NCBI GenBank assembly: GCA_038131935.1
Contig: JAYPQH010000033.1
Coordinates: 10,528-74,527 of the forward strand
DNA from: Alphaproteobacteria bacterium
GTDB taxonomy: Bacteria > Pseudomonadota > Alphaproteobacteria > UBA8317
DNA length: 64,000 nt
Reading direction: 5' to 3'
The notes beneath the pieces are model-generated. The model was not told the DNA's origin. It saw nothing but the letters and a program-made list of their open reading frames with translations, and ran no database searches. Below, piece after piece: positions 63,513 to 64,000 of this stretch. The first letter of the stretch is position 1. Every line of letters starts with the position of its first letter. Made by a program: the position numbers and the translations under genes.

Positions 63513-63743
63513 ATGGCAGATACAGTAAGTGAAGGCGTAACAAACACAAACAACAATCAAAATGTTGTTATTGACGGCGTGACCTATAAACTTGATGACT
63601 TAAGCCAGGACGCTCGTGCATTACTCGGGTTCTTGGCGCGCCTAGATCGAGAAATTGCTGAGGCACGATTTGCTTTGGATCGCAACATGATGGCGAGACG
63701 TGGGGCAACAGAGCAACTTAAAACGCTTCTTCCATCAACCTGA
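63513..63743 (+). CDS. Small hypothetical protein, co-oriented 18 nt downstream of the T1SS adaptor
   Basis: An AGGAG Shine-Dalgarno lies 8 nt upstream of the ATG. 76 aa with an Asn/Thr-rich N-terminus, VVIDGVTYKLDDLS and an amphipathic C-terminal helix. No signal peptide. Confidence 0.55.
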   Translation: MADTVSEGVTNTNNNQNVVIDGVTYKLDDLSQDARALLGFLARLDREIAEARFALDRNMMARRGATEQLKTLLPST

Positions 63744-64000
63744 TGGCCATCCGATCTAACAGGGCAGGTGTGCTTGGAATGTCCATGTACGTTAGAGCTC
63801 AGACAATCACAAAAGTTGTTTTGTGTTGAAACAACGACAAGGACACTCACCTATCTAGATTGATGGGTGGGCATGTAACACCAAAAATAATTCTTAAAAA
63901 TCCCAGATCATAATTGATGTAACATGTGCATCGGTTCAATATTTATCTTGCCAAAAAGAGAGTGTTCTAGCTCAATTGTCTCATAAATTGTTGAATGTTT

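Overview
The window looks like a chromosomal segment of an alphaproteobacterium. The taxon is an inference from senC-regB-regA, the rpsT-dnaA-dnaN-recF-gyrB block, intracellular phaZ and ActR-type RegA. I did not compute GC content. I support about 58 protein genes, one tRNA-Gly(GCC) and two intrinsic terminators. Content in order:
- Nitrogen and cofactor genes: a GS-like gene, purH, thiD, glnK-amtB, ribA, a ubiH-family gene.
- A phnCDE transporter beside an orphan phnM-like amidohydrolase and a HisC-like aminotransferase.
- Housekeeping and replication genes: xthA, mutM, rpsT, dnaA, dnaN, recF, gyrB.
- A fused indolepyruvate-ferredoxin oxidoreductase, YeeE, LysE, PBP1A, phaZ and senC-regB-regA.
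- A long run of catabolic and redox genes, a DUF4198/HupE metal-uptake pair and an LLM monooxygenase.
- A tolC-ABC-hlyD type I secretion locus followed by a small coiled-coil ORF.

I saw no CRISPR array, IS element, prophage or recognisable defence system, and I cannot point to a convincing new multi-gene system. The most unusual signal is about 17 single-base frame disruptions plus one in-frame TAG. These lie in eleven accessory genes, mostly in mononucleotide runs, while about 45 kb of core ORFs are intact. Four or five of them form paired opposite-sign indels that create 34-80 nt out-of-frame excursions. This is either localised sequence error or real gene decay; the sequence alone cannot settle it. 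Secondary leads are the T1SS-linked 76-aa ORF, the phn cluster that lacks C-P lyase, and a photolyase-like protein with inverted domain order.
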